Assembly: GCA_002697255.1 (NCBI GenBank)
Contig: NZUH01000017.1
Span: 88-64,087 of the forward strand
Direction of reading: 5' to 3'
DNA: 64,000 nucleotides
Source of the DNA: Flavobacteriaceae bacterium
GTDB lineage: Bacteria > Bacteroidota > Bacteroidia > Flavobacteriales > Flavobacteriaceae
The stretch's first letter is position 1, and each line of letters opens with the position of its first letter. The notes under the pieces were generated by a model. That model saw only the letters and a list, made by a program, of their open reading frames with translations, was not told where the DNA came from and searched no databases. The translations under genes and the position numbers were made by a program. Shown piece by piece: positions 51,879-62,600 of this stretch.

Positions 51879-52584
51879 TTCCTTCCAAATTACTAATTCT
51901 TCTTATGTTGGAATTAAAATTTCCTTTTCTTTTTTGTCTGTACTCGGTAAATAAAATTCTGATATCATCATTCATTTTTCCTTTGATTTCAGAAACTAAT
52001 ATTGAGTTGTATGAGTATAGTCCAAATAACTTTACGCCTTTTTCTTTTTGATCATCATCTCTATCATCAATTCTACCCCTTTGATTTAATAACTTATCTA
52101 CAATAAAGACTTGATCAGTGTAATTTAAACTATCCAAATCATGATTAGATCTTAAGGAGTTAAAAATTTTATTAATATACTCTGTATCTGCATATGCAAA
52201 ATGCCAATATTTTAATTCATCAGATTTTAACAACTCTTTTCTAACTTTTGCTAACTCAAATTTTGAATCCTTTCCTCCAATAGAAATAATTTGAAACTTT
52301 TTAAAGCCCTTAAATTTATCATAAACTAGTTCTTTTAAATTCAAAGCACTAGTTATATTTTTCATAGGATTGTTACCAAGAAAGGATAATACTGTAATAT
52401 TATCCTTAAGAATTGATGAGTTTTGATTAATAAATATTAATGAATCAATTTCATTAATATCTTCACCGATTATGTCCAGGGTATTATAGTTGTGAGTTGA
52501 TGGATAAAGAAACAATAAAAAAACAACTGGTAAAAAAAATAGAATTGCCAGGATAAACCATTTTCTGTAAAATTTATCAATCAC
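51868..52584 (-). CDS. membrane-anchored hypothetical protein; apparent Cys-less SCO-like paralogue
   Basis: 238-aa ORF with an N-terminal TM helix. By eye it aligns with the adjacent SCO protein (FINQN, VLSFLG vs VEFFF, YWHFAY vs NWNLMT, VFIVDK vs FAIIDK), but CxxxC is replaced by NNPMKN. Confidence 0.55.
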   Translation of the reverse strand: MIDKFYRKWFILAILFFLPVVFLLFLYPSTHNYNTLDIIGEDINEIDSLIFINQNSSILKDNITVLSFLGNNPMKNITSALNLKELVYDKFKGFKKFQIISIGGKDSKFELAKVRKELLKSDELKYWHFAYADTEYINKIFNSLRSNHDLDSLNYTDQVFIVDKLLNQRGRIDDRDDDQKEKGVKLFGLYSYNSILVSEIKGKMNDDIRILFTEYRQKRKGNFNSNIRRISNLEGNDE

Positions 52585-52587
52585 AAT

Positions 52588-52977
52588 TTAAAAATCTGTT
52601 TTGATATAATTTGAAGGATCATCGAATTCATCAAAAATATATCCAGCTTCTTGAATAAAAATAAAAGAAAGATATAAAATAAGGAAAACAGCAGTCCATA
52701 CTACTATTCTTCTTAATATTGAAGTCTCATCTCGCATGTGCATAAAATCCCAGGTAATATAATAAGCCTTGACTATAGTAAGAATTATAAAAACCCAATT
52801 AAGTAATTTAAGATTAGCAAAAGACTGATTCAAAACTTCTGGCTTATAAATTCCCAATACAACTTCTACTAATGTTACTATCGAAAGTAAGATAAGAACT
52901 CCGATAATTTTTTGTGTATTCGATTTAAATTTAATTAAACCTCTGAATATTTCTAACTTGTGTGCGTGTCCAGCCAT
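52588..52977 (-). CDS. cytochrome c oxidase subunit IV-family small membrane protein
   Basis: 129-aa ORF with three TM helices, directly downstream of the subunit III genes. Confidence 0.65.
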   Translation of the reverse strand: MAGHAHKLEIFRGLIKFKSNTQKIIGVLILLSIVTLVEVVLGIYKPEVLNQSFANLKLLNWVFIILTIVKAYYITWDFMHMRDETSILRRIVVWTAVFLILYLSFIFIQEAGYIFDEFDDPSNYIKTDF

Positions 52978-52981
52978 AATA

Positions 52982-53962
52982 TTATACTAAATAGAAAAAT
53001 GTAAAAACAAAAACCCATACCAAATCAACAAAATGCCAATATAATCCAACTTTTTCAACCATTTCATAACTTTTTCTTTTTTCATAAGTTCCAATAATCA
53101 CATTAAAGAAAATTATTATGTTTAATACTATTCCTGAAAAAACATGAAATCCGTGAAAACCTGTAATAAAGAAAAAGAAATTTGCAAAAAGCGGAACTCC
53201 ATACTCATTTTCATAAAGATTTGCTCCATTAACTATAGAAACGCCCGTTTCTTTTAATACATTTAATGATTCTTCTCTAGATAAAATAGTTTTATGACCA
53301 TTCTCGTCTAGAATTTGTTTTCTCACCAATATATTTGGATTTGCTTCAAAACCAGCAATCACCTCATCAATATTGTAAGTTGGTAAAGAACCTTCGTTAT
53401 CATACCAAATTCCATTGTAACTATGATGCTGGTTTCTGACACTTGAAAATTCAAATGCAAAATCTTCAACAGAAACTCTTTTGGATGTTTCAGCATCCAA
53501 GAATTGTAAGATATTTCCGCCCTTTGTTTTAACAGCTCCGTAATCTCCCTTAATGAATGTTGCCCATTCCCAGGCCTGAGACCCTACAAAAATAATTCCT
53601 CCAATAATTGTAAGAAACATGTAAAATGTGACTTTTGATTTTTCCATTTTATGCCCAGCGTCTACGGCCATAACCATTGTTACAGATGACATAATTAGAA
53701 CGAATGTCATAAAGGCTACATAAATCATCGGCAGCTCCTGGCCATGAATAAAAGGTACGTGAGTAAAAACCTCATCAGCAATTGGCCATGAATCTGCAAA
53801 CTTGAATCTAGCAAATCCATATGAAACAATAAATCCAGAAAAAGTAAGGGCATCAGAAACAATAAAAAACCACATCATCATCTTTCCGTATGATGCATTT
53901 AACGGCTTGTTTCCTCCATTCCAAATTTTCTCATTTGAAGTAGTGCTAGCAGTAGTTCCCAT
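52982..53962 (-). CDS. heme-copper (cytochrome c) oxidase subunit III, long form with a ~120-aa soluble insertion
   Basis: 326-aa ORF with subunit III motifs (GFHGFHV, YWHFVD.VW). Confidence 0.8.
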   Translation of the reverse strand: MGTTASTTSNEKIWNGGNKPLNASYGKMMMWFFIVSDALTFSGFIVSYGFARFKFADSWPIADEVFTHVPFIHGQELPMIYVAFMTFVLIMSSVTMVMAVDAGHKMEKSKVTFYMFLTIIGGIIFVGSQAWEWATFIKGDYGAVKTKGGNILQFLDAETSKRVSVEDFAFEFSSVRNQHHSYNGIWYDNEGSLPTYNIDEVIAGFEANPNILVRKQILDENGHKTILSREESLNVLKETGVSIVNGANLYENEYGVPLFANFFFFITGFHGFHVFSGIVLNIIIFFNVIIGTYEKRKSYEMVEKVGLYWHFVDLVWVFVFTFFYLV

Positions 53963-53995
53963 AGTTTAATTTAAAGAAATACAAAAATAATTATT

Positions 53996-54565
53996 TTAAC
54001 CGAAGAAAACCAAAAATATGAACAAGTAAATCCATAAAATATCTACAAAATGCCAAAATATGGAGGCTAGCTCAAAGCCTATTAAATCTTCACTGTTATA
54101 CAATCCTTTTAAATTTTTTACTAACACTACGATTAGTGCAATTAATGCGACTGTTACATGCAAAGCATGGACAAAAGCGATCAAGAAAATAAAAGAGCTA
54201 TTTATACTACTTGTAGGCCCAGTAAAATGGTACCCTTTATCAATAATTTGATTGAATCCTAAAAATTGCAAGAGAATAAAAATTATTCCTAAGAAAATTG
54301 TTATAAATAATAGAATTGAAACGTTTTTTATTTTATCAATTATTAAAAAACGTCTGGCAATAATTAAACTAATACTACTTAAAATTATTATTATCAAACT
54401 ATAATAAAATGCATCAGGTAGTTCAAAATTCAAAATCCAATCTTCTCTGTTTTTACTTACAATAAAAGCGCTGGTTAATCCTGCAAAAGTCATAAATAAT
54501 GACCCTATTCCAAACCAAAGCATCATTTTTAATGCTTTATTTTTATTATTTAATTGTGAACTCAT
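53996..54565 (-). CDS. heme-copper oxidase subunit III-family protein (short, 5-TM form)
   Basis: 189-aa ORF with H..HV and the C-terminal FWHFVDILW motif. Confidence 0.75.
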   Translation of the reverse strand: MSSQLNNKNKALKMMLWFGIGSLFMTFAGLTSAFIVSKNREDWILNFELPDAFYYSLIIIILSSISLIIARRFLIIDKIKNVSILLFITIFLGIIFILLQFLGFNQIIDKGYHFTGPTSSINSSFIFLIAFVHALHVTVALIALIVVLVKNLKGLYNSEDLIGFELASIFWHFVDILWIYLFIFLVFFG

Positions 54566-55437
54566 ATCTGTATAACTTTATCTAATAAAAATGTTAATTG
54601 GACAAATGTCAAATAAACAATACTAGTAAGCATTAATCTTTTTGCATTTTCATTCCTGCCATCTATAAAAAGGAGGTAAGACTTGTATACAAGAAAAAAG
54701 CCCAAGATTATTACAAAAATCAAACCAAATAAACTTAATCTTAAATTTCCTGTAATTCCAAAAAAAGGAACTATTGAAATAATAACTGCCCATATTGAAT
54801 AAAATAAAATTTGAGCAGAAGTAGACTTGTCTTTTTTTCCAGTGGGAAGCATTTTAAATCCAGCCTTTTTATAATCATCACTTTGTGACCAACCGATAGA
54901 CCAAAAATGAGGGAATTGCCAAAAAAACTGCATTAAAAATAAAGTAATTGCCTCGATCCCAATTTGATTTGTTGCGGCTACCCATCCTATCATAAAAGGA
55001 AACGCACCGGGTATAGCTCCAACAAAAACAGCCAATGGACTAACCAACTTCATCGGAGTATATACGGCAGTATATAGAAATATAGATATGGCTGCTAATA
55101 TTGCAACTTGAATGTTTATAAGATACATAAGAACAATACCCAAAACTCCAGTGGTTATTGCTAAGAACAAAGCAGTATTTATTTTAATTTTATTTTTAGG
55201 CAGTGGACGATCTTTGGTCCTTTTCATTAATTTATCTAAATCTCTTTCAATGATTTGATTAAAAATATTGGATGAACTAACTATTAAAATTCCTCCGATT
55301 AATAGTAAGGATAATTCAAAATAATTTATAATATTGCAGCCTAAAATATAACTTATAAAAGAAGAAAAAACTACACTTAAAGTTAAACGCAGTTTGATTA
55401 ACTCTTTTATAAAAGGAATTGTATTTTTTTTAAACAC
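54562..55437 (-). CDS. cyoE: protoheme IX farnesyltransferase (heme O synthase)
   Basis: 291-aa UbiA-family ORF with N...ERD.D..M.RT..RPL, later YT..K.....VFVGAIPGA.P and FFWQFPHFW. Confidence 0.9.
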   Translation of the reverse strand: MFKKNTIPFIKELIKLRLTLSVVFSSFISYILGCNIINYFELSLLLIGGILIVSSSNIFNQIIERDLDKLMKRTKDRPLPKNKIKINTALFLAITTGVLGIVLMYLINIQVAILAAISIFLYTAVYTPMKLVSPLAVFVGAIPGAFPFMIGWVAATNQIGIEAITLFLMQFFWQFPHFWSIGWSQSDDYKKAGFKMLPTGKKDKSTSAQILFYSIWAVIISIVPFFGITGNLRLSLFGLIFVIILGFFLVYKSYLLFIDGRNENAKRLMLTSIVYLTFVQLTFLLDKVIQI

Positions 55438-55508
55438 AGAAAAATAAAATTAAAGGGCAAATATAATACATATTTAAGATTAAAATATTTAATATGTATT
55501 AAAAGATG

Positions 55509-56225
55509 TTAATCTGCGACTTCAAAAATAATAGGTAAAGAATACTGAACTGTTACTGCCTTTCCACGTTGTTTTCCAGGCTTCATTTTTGGAAGTAAGC
55601 TTACTACTTTCACAGCTTCCTTTTGTAATCTTGGGTGAGGAGCTCTTGCTCTTACTCCAGTAACATTTCCTCTTTTATCTATTTTAAAAATAACACTAAT
55701 TCTTTGTCTACCGCTCAAACCCAAGTCTGCCGCCAAATCCTGATTAAATTTCCTTTGAATAAATTTTGCTATTTTTTCATTCATGCATTTTTTCTTTTTC
55801 GCTTTACTTCCCTTTTCACAACCCGGAAAAATAGGGACCTCTTCGATAACTGCAAACGGAACTTCAATATCTTCTTCAACCTCTTCAATTTCAATTTCCT
55901 CAATTTCAATTTCTTCTTCCTGATCAGTTTCAGTTGATTCAATTACGGTTTCCTCTACTTCAACTTCATCTTCTACAATTTCAATAACTTCGGGAGCAGG
56001 TGGAGGTGGAGGTGGAGGTGGAGGTGGAACTATCTGTTCAGTTATAGGTACTTCTTCTTCATCCAACTCATCTAAATTAAGCTTGTCTATACCTAAAGCC
56101 GATTTATCATATATCTTATAGTTAATTGCACCGTATGAAATAAATACCATTAATGCTAAGCCTAATGCAAAGAATATTGAACTATTTCTTCCAACATCTA
56201 CCTTGGGGTTTTTTTTACTTTCCAT
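55509..56225 (-). CDS. energy transducer TonB-family protein
   Basis: 238-aa ORF with an N-terminal anchor, a Pro10 tract, an acidic EIE-repeat linker and a C-terminal TonB-like domain (FPGC...V.V.F.I...G.V....A). Confidence 0.8.
   Translation of the reverse strand: MESKKNPKVDVGRNSSIFFALGLALMVFISYGAINYKIYDKSALGIDKLNLDELDEEEVPITEQIVPPPPPPPPPPAPEVIEIVEDEVEVEETVIESTETDQEEEIEIEEIEIEEVEEDIEVPFAVIEEVPIFPGCEKGSKAKKKKCMNEKIAKFIQRKFNQDLAADLGLSGRQRISVIFKIDKRGNVTGVRARAPHPRLQKEAVKVVSLLPKMKPGKQRGKAVTVQYSLPIIFEVAD
55885..55914 (-). repeat. 15-nt tandem duplication inside tonB (encodes EIEIE x2)
   Basis: The plus strand reads tcaatttcaatttcc followed by tcaatttcaatttct (14/15 identical). Confidence 0.85.
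55998..56027 (-). repeat. hexanucleotide repeat (AGGTGG)x5 inside tonB (encodes Pro10)
   Basis: Direct reading: the minus strand is (cca cct)x5. Confidence 0.9.
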
Positions 56226-56298
56226 ATAAAAATTATTGTTCTAAAGTTAAATAATTATTTATAATAAAAACAATTTTTTATTTCTATTATTTTTTTCT

Positions 56299-56679
56299 TT
56301 ATCCACCTATTAAATCCGAATACTGATCTGGGCTAAGTAACTCATCACAATCTTTAATATTTGAAACTTTAAGTTTTATTATCCACCCTTTTGAATAGGG
56401 CTCTTCATTAATAATTTCGGGTGAGTCCTCTAAAGAATCGTTAAATTCAATTATTTCACCTGAAAGAGGCAGGAATAGATCTGAAACTGTCTTAACTGCT
56501 TCAACTGTACCAAAAACTTCTTCAGCATCCATTTTTTCTCCAATCGTTTCAACCTCAACATAAACTATATCTCCCAACTCTTTTTGAGCAAAATCTGTAA
56601 TCCCTATAGTTGCTATTTCATCTTCTATTTTAACCCATTCGTGGTCTTTTGTGTATTTTAGTTCGCTTGGTATATTCAT
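56299..56679 (-). CDS. gcvH: glycine cleavage system H protein
   Basis: [16 protein letters not shown] start and the lipoyl-lysine motif [11 protein letters not shown] prefer the ATG at 56679 over the track TTG at 56685. Confidence 0.9.
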   Translation of the reverse strand: MNIPSELKYTKDHEWVKIEDEIATIGITDFAQKELGDIVYVEVETIGEKMDAEEVFGTVEAVKTVSDLFLPLSGEIIEFNDSLEDSPEIINEEPYSKGWIIKLKVSNIKDCDELLSPDQYSDLIGG

Positions 56680-56681
56680 AA

Positions 56682-59600
56682 TCAAAAATTATATCTCATA
56701 GTAAATCCTGCTCTGATTGTTGTCTGAGGAAATGCAGTTGAAATAGCATACTCAGAAAAAGCATAGTCAAAATAAAAAATTCCTGTTAAGTTTTGACTAA
56801 AAGCATAATCAGCAGAATATTTAAAATTTAAAATTGTTTGTCCAGATGTAATCTGGTTATTTTCAACATCCAAATATCTAACAATAGTTTTATTATTCCT
56901 AATAGAAAAATCAGCTTTCATATTCAAATCACTTTTAATAAGCTGTGAAGAACCTCCAAGTCTAGATCTTATTTGTAAATCTTTGAATCTGTAGCCTATA
57001 CCTATTATATATTCATATCCTTGAATTTCTGTCAATAAATTATTATCAAAACTTAAGGATAATAGTCTGTCTTTTTTAATTTCAGTTAAGACCTTTAAAG
57101 AATTTTTCATTTCAATATCAATTTTTATCAAAGGACTAAATTGCTCCATTAAATTTATATTACTAAATAATGTCTTCTTCTTATAATTTTCAGACTGATC
57201 AAAAACATCAGGGTTTTGAAGAGTATAGTCAAGATTAAAGTCTGGCTCAACATAATCTAAATTAGATCTAAATTGATTTATAGTATATATTGAATTATAG
57301 CCGTGAGATAATGAAAATCTTCTAAAATTTTTTCTAAACCATTTCATTTTCATAAAACCTGAATATTTAATTGTCCAATTTGGAATTGGAATATCCCTAA
57401 AAGCACCTAAACTAACTTTATCAGCATCAGTTCCAGAATATGCAGCTAAAAAAGAAGGTAATAAAACTGACTGACTTGTTTTTCCGTAACCTAAAGGGTA
57501 ACCATTTACATCTCCGTTTTCAAAATTATTTGGGTTACTAAAATTTATTCCTGCTTCATTGGCTAATCTTCTTGCAATAATTAATCTGTTTGATTTAAAA
57601 TTATCAAAAGATTCTGAGTTAAATTCATCGCTTTTTGAAAATGCAGTTTTAATAAGAACTGTGGAAATGTTAAAATTACCGATTGAATTTTGAATAAAAG
57701 GATTATAAATATTGCTAAAACCATCATTATTTGTGTCTATAGTATTGAAAGTTTCAGATAAATTATTTGCATATGTTCTACCTCCAGATAAATCAATTTT
57801 CAGGTCATTAATAGGAATCAGATTAGCAGAAAAATTAAGATTTGTATTATTAGTACTTGTAAATTGCTGATTAAATTCAGGGAAAACTGTTAACCAGCCG
57901 TTTCTTGCTGCCAAATATCTAATATCTTTTTGACTGCCAAACACATAACCAAATGAAGGACTAAATGAACCTAAAAAACCTGGGGTTTCAAGAAATCCTG
58001 GCAAAAATGTCCCATTGTTTTCAGAATAATTAACTTGAATTCTTTTAATTATTGTAGCAATATTTATAAAATTCTTTAAAATTGGATTAATTTTTTTTGA
58101 CGAACGATTTACTTCAGTCCTTCTATCATTTTTTCCACCACTAGTTCTTGAAAAATTTGGAATACCAATATACCTGTACAATTTTTGCATATCAAATACA
58201 CCATTAATATTATGAGTATTAGCGTTAGAAATTGAATTACCTAGATCATAAGTTTGGCCATCTAAAGTTAGATTTCCAAACAGGTCAGAACCTTTTTGCC
58301 ATTGAAAGTCACCTGTGTAAGAATATGTTGCTTTTATAAAATTAAAAGTTGGAATTTTATTAAATGGTAAGTTATAATTTACAGCTATTTGTTGAACTTG
58401 TCTATTTGGATCACCTATGTCAAAAAACCTATCCCATATATCTAAATCAGGATTCTGAACCCCGTTTATTTGGTTATCTATAAAGTAATTTCTGACAATA
58501 TTATTATTAGATGTATTATAATTAATACTTAAATTTTCTGAAATAGGATAGTTTATTGCCAATTGAAAATCAAAAGAATAGTTTCTTCTAAATAATTCTT
58601 GTATGCCAATATTATCCTGAGTTAAATCTGTATCTCTAAATTTTTGTTTATTAAACTGTCTGACATAATCTGTATTTATACTTATATTTGAGGGTAATAA
58701 GTTTAAATTAAAATCTTTTAAGATTTTTAAATAATCACTATTAAATATTGAATCGTTATTTTTAAATGGTTCAAACTTTAGGGGATTAAAATTATAATTA
58801 TAATTAGCACCTGTTCTTATATTCTGGTCCAACATTTTTTCAATTTCATAATCTCTATGATTTGTTTCATTATAGGTGTAATTAAATGTGATATTTTCAA
58901 AGTCGTAAAACCTAGGTGTTCTTTCATCATCGGTTCTTTGTTTATTAACACCTATTAAATTTATACTTTTTCTTTTGGTATAATCTTGAGACTGATTTAA
59001 TATTTTGTCTTTTTCTTCTTGGGTCTCTGCCAAATCAATCCTAGAATTTAAATTTATATCTCTATACTGTTGATCAAATTCTGGAGTAATAAATTCTTCC
59101 CCTTGCCCATAATTAAAAGGAATATTTAAACCCCATGTTTTAGGAAATAGATGACCAATATTAATATTTGAAATAAAATCATACTGTTTTTTATCAATCT
59201 GCTCTCTTTGACTTGGGCCTTGCTCAATATTTCCAAATCCGGTTGTGCTTTGTCTAGCTGTTGCTGAAACACTCATAAAATCAGCGATATTAGAATCAAC
59301 TGCAAGAGTTGCTGCCCATCCTCCTTCATTATCCATATCAGAAAGTCGTAACTCATTAAACCAAACCTCTGAGCATACATCCATGTTATCTTGACTAGGA
59401 TTTTTTACTCCAATCATTAATGTTCTAATATCACCAAAATTAGGATTTCCTTTAATCGCTATTCTTTGTTGACCAACATCGAGGGGAGAAAACTCAGAAA
59501 CAGGTTCGTCTGAAACATCGTCATTTATCACGTCATAAAATATTGCTTCATCTGATGATAGTGATCCATTCAGTATGGATAAAGTTTTTATTGTTTCCAA

Positions 59601-62600
59601 AGCGGTTACCGGGAGGTTTATTTCGTTTATTACTGGCCATACAGAAAGAGGGTCTAGGCTCATTTGAGAAGATTCTTGTAACGGAATTTCTATTTGATAA
59701 TAATTTTCTGATAAATCGTTTCCTAGTCTAATATAGCCAATAATATCACCATCAGTAAATCCAGGTGAGGATCCTTCCTCAGCATGCATAAACATTCTAA
59801 GTCTTTTATACTGCCTCATATCAACACTAATATTTTTATAAACTCCTCTTGAATCTTCGGGTTCAAGCTCACATACATTTAAAACTAAAGACTGCTCATT
59901 TTGTCTTATAATTGTATTATTATTATTAAACTGTTCTCTTTCAACACCAGGTGGTGAAACATAAGATTCTTCATTCTCTTGAATTCCGATAATCCCTACA
60001 GAAAAATTTGTTGAATCATTATTATTATCGATCTCTTCATCTAAGCTTAGTTGATATTTTCTCCAGTCGCTTCTAACAAGCTCTAATTTACCAAATCTAA
60101 AAATTGTGTTTTGATCAAATTCTGTTAAATACATTCTCATAAATCTTATAGATCTAAAATCTGAAATTCCACCAACAGATGAAGAAGGCTCATTAATAGG
60201 AATTCTAAACTGATACCATTTTACTAATTCTGAAGTTCCGTTTGGAAGGTTAATATTTTTTTCTTTTCTGTCAATAATCAAATTATTATTTTGATCTGAT
60301 AATGAATTTTGATTAATGTCTATTTCATATTCAAAATAACTGTCTATAGTATTCATAGTGTTATCTCTATTAATATCTTCAACATCAGGGTAAGTGTTGG
60401 ATCCTCTATCCAAATCAGAAATGGTTTCTGGTGAATTTCCGTCAAGACCATTATAGTCCGTGTATCTTTCAAAAATATTTCCTGTCTTATTTAAGAAATA
60501 GCTATAATTATCATTTGAAGGGTCTGATAGTTCAGAGAAAGAAATAAATTTTATAGCTTCCTCGCTATCATTATAACCATCCAAACCAACATCTTGATTT
60601 ATTCTGTCTTGTCCCAAAGAGGAAAAAGCATAAACCAAAGATTGATTTTGAGGAACTACGGTACCCCAAGCTGTTAAGGGTAATAAACTAATATCTCCGT
60701 CTTCAGGTAAACCATTTTCATATTGTTTACGGCCGTCTTTTATGACATCTTCAGAAATATTTCCTAAATTAATTGTAAGTTTTCCCCCAGAATTTGAATC
60801 ATTATTTAAAAAAGGATCCATTAACCAGAACTCTAAGTATTCAACATTAGACTGCTCAAAATCTGTAGTGTTTATAAGCCTCGTTATTCCAGCCCATGAA
60901 TTATTTGAATTATCAATAAAGCCGTCACTAACAGACGGATCCATATTATAAGGTCCTCTAATATTAGGATAATAATTCAAATCAAGAGAATTTATAACTG
61001 TTGTTTGACCCTGAACAAGATCCACTTGAGGAAAAATTTCGTCAATAAATATTCTTCTTGAATACAAATCAGATAAATCTTCATCGGTTATTTCTGATGG
61101 CCTTTGGCTACTGTAAAATATGGGGTCAATAGAATACCAGTTTAATAATGCCCTGTCATATCCATTTTGCACTCCATTTTCATCTTCGTCACCCTCAGAA
61201 TAAATATTTCCAAGATTTTTTGGTCTACTTGAAAGATACCAAGATTGTGGAGACATTAAATCAATTACATTTTGAGTCCCTTCAAAATCATCAATATATG
61301 AAGTTGCTTCGCCGTTAAAATTATTACCTTTTGGAGAACCAGGAAGTAAATAGGCAAACTCTCCTCTCAAAGATAGGTTAGACGGTATATTGGTTTCTAT
61401 ATTTGGTAATTTATTTACCAATCTTGTTAATAAAGGAATCTCTTTAGAAAAATTGCCGTCAAAACCTATAATTGTATTGTTAATGGGTTCAGTTCCAAAA
61501 TTTGCTTTTTGTGTTAAAGGTCTCTCATTAAGATTTAAAAGAGTACCAGAAATAATAAAATTTTCATTGAATTGATGTTCGATATTTATTCCTGAAAATC
61601 TTTTGGTTTGTTGTCCAAATAGTGCGTTATTTTCAACGCTAACATTAATTGGAACATTAGAAGCTTGTAGTCCAGCATCAAGAATTTGCACTGTTCCTAA
61701 TTGATAATTTACTGTATAATCAACGCCTTCAACTAATACACGCCCACCGGCAGTTACCGTAACCGAGCCTCTTGGAACATTGAATGCTCCTATTGGAATA
61801 CCCCCGCCAGATGATGATTTATATTTACCCTTAATTAAAAATTTATTTTTTACTGACTCTTGTTCAGCAGCGGTTTTTGTTGAGTTATATAATGAGTGGT
61901 AAACATATTTTTTTTGGTTTAAATTATAATCTGATTCTAAGTTCTCATCACCATTATAGTTTTCCGATAAATTTAATCTTAGAGATTCAAACATAAATTT
62001 CCCAAATGGTTCAACTTTGGTAAAAATAATTTTCCCCGTCTCTTGAAAAACAGTAATATCAGAAACAAAATCAAAAAAACCATCACCATTTGTTTGTGGA
62101 TCATTATTATAATTAAGTCTATCAAAATTGAAAAAGCTTAAAAGGGGTTGCTCTTGAATATTAACTGATCCAGAAATTGGATTTGGAAACGGAGTCCCGC
62201 CAACTGGACTAATAAAGTTCAGCTCTGAAGATTCCTTATAAAAGATATTAAGTTTAAAATCTTCTCTTTGAAGCTGGTATGCACCTGTATTATATATATT
62301 TTTCATCATCAAATCCCACATGGGTTGATCAATGTTTGCCACTGAACTTTTCAGGAGTTTTAAAATTAAATTATTAGAATTTATCAATTGATTTTGATCA
62401 CTAGAAAGTATCTCAGTGGCTTGTATTCCGTCATTTGCAAATTCTCCAACCTGATAAACCTGATCTCCAATAGTATATTGAAATGCAACTGCTAGAATTT
62501 CGTCATTCTCTAACTTTTGGGTTAAAGAAATATATCCTAGTTGTGGATTTATTTTATAGTCGATATTCTCTCTTAATTTTTTAGCATTTTCAAGTTTACC

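Noticed and set aside
55998-56027. The (AGGTGG)x5 and nearby repeats as a CRISPR array or noncoding microsatellite
   Set aside because: The repeats have no spacers and lie in frame inside the TonB ORF, encoding the Pro10 and acidic linker.
56226-56298. Glycine riboswitch or another leader associated with gcvH
   Set aside because: gcvH has only a 2-nt gap upstream, after sprA. The 73-nt spacer here lies downstream of gcvH, is extremely AT-rich, and shows no conserved riboswitch-like helices.
56680-56685. TTG start of gcvH at 56685, overlapping the sprA stop by 4 nt (as in the ORF track)
   Set aside because: The ATG two codons downstream (56679) gives the canonical GcvH N-terminus [15 protein letters not shown]. 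The TTG extension adds only two residues and is not needed.
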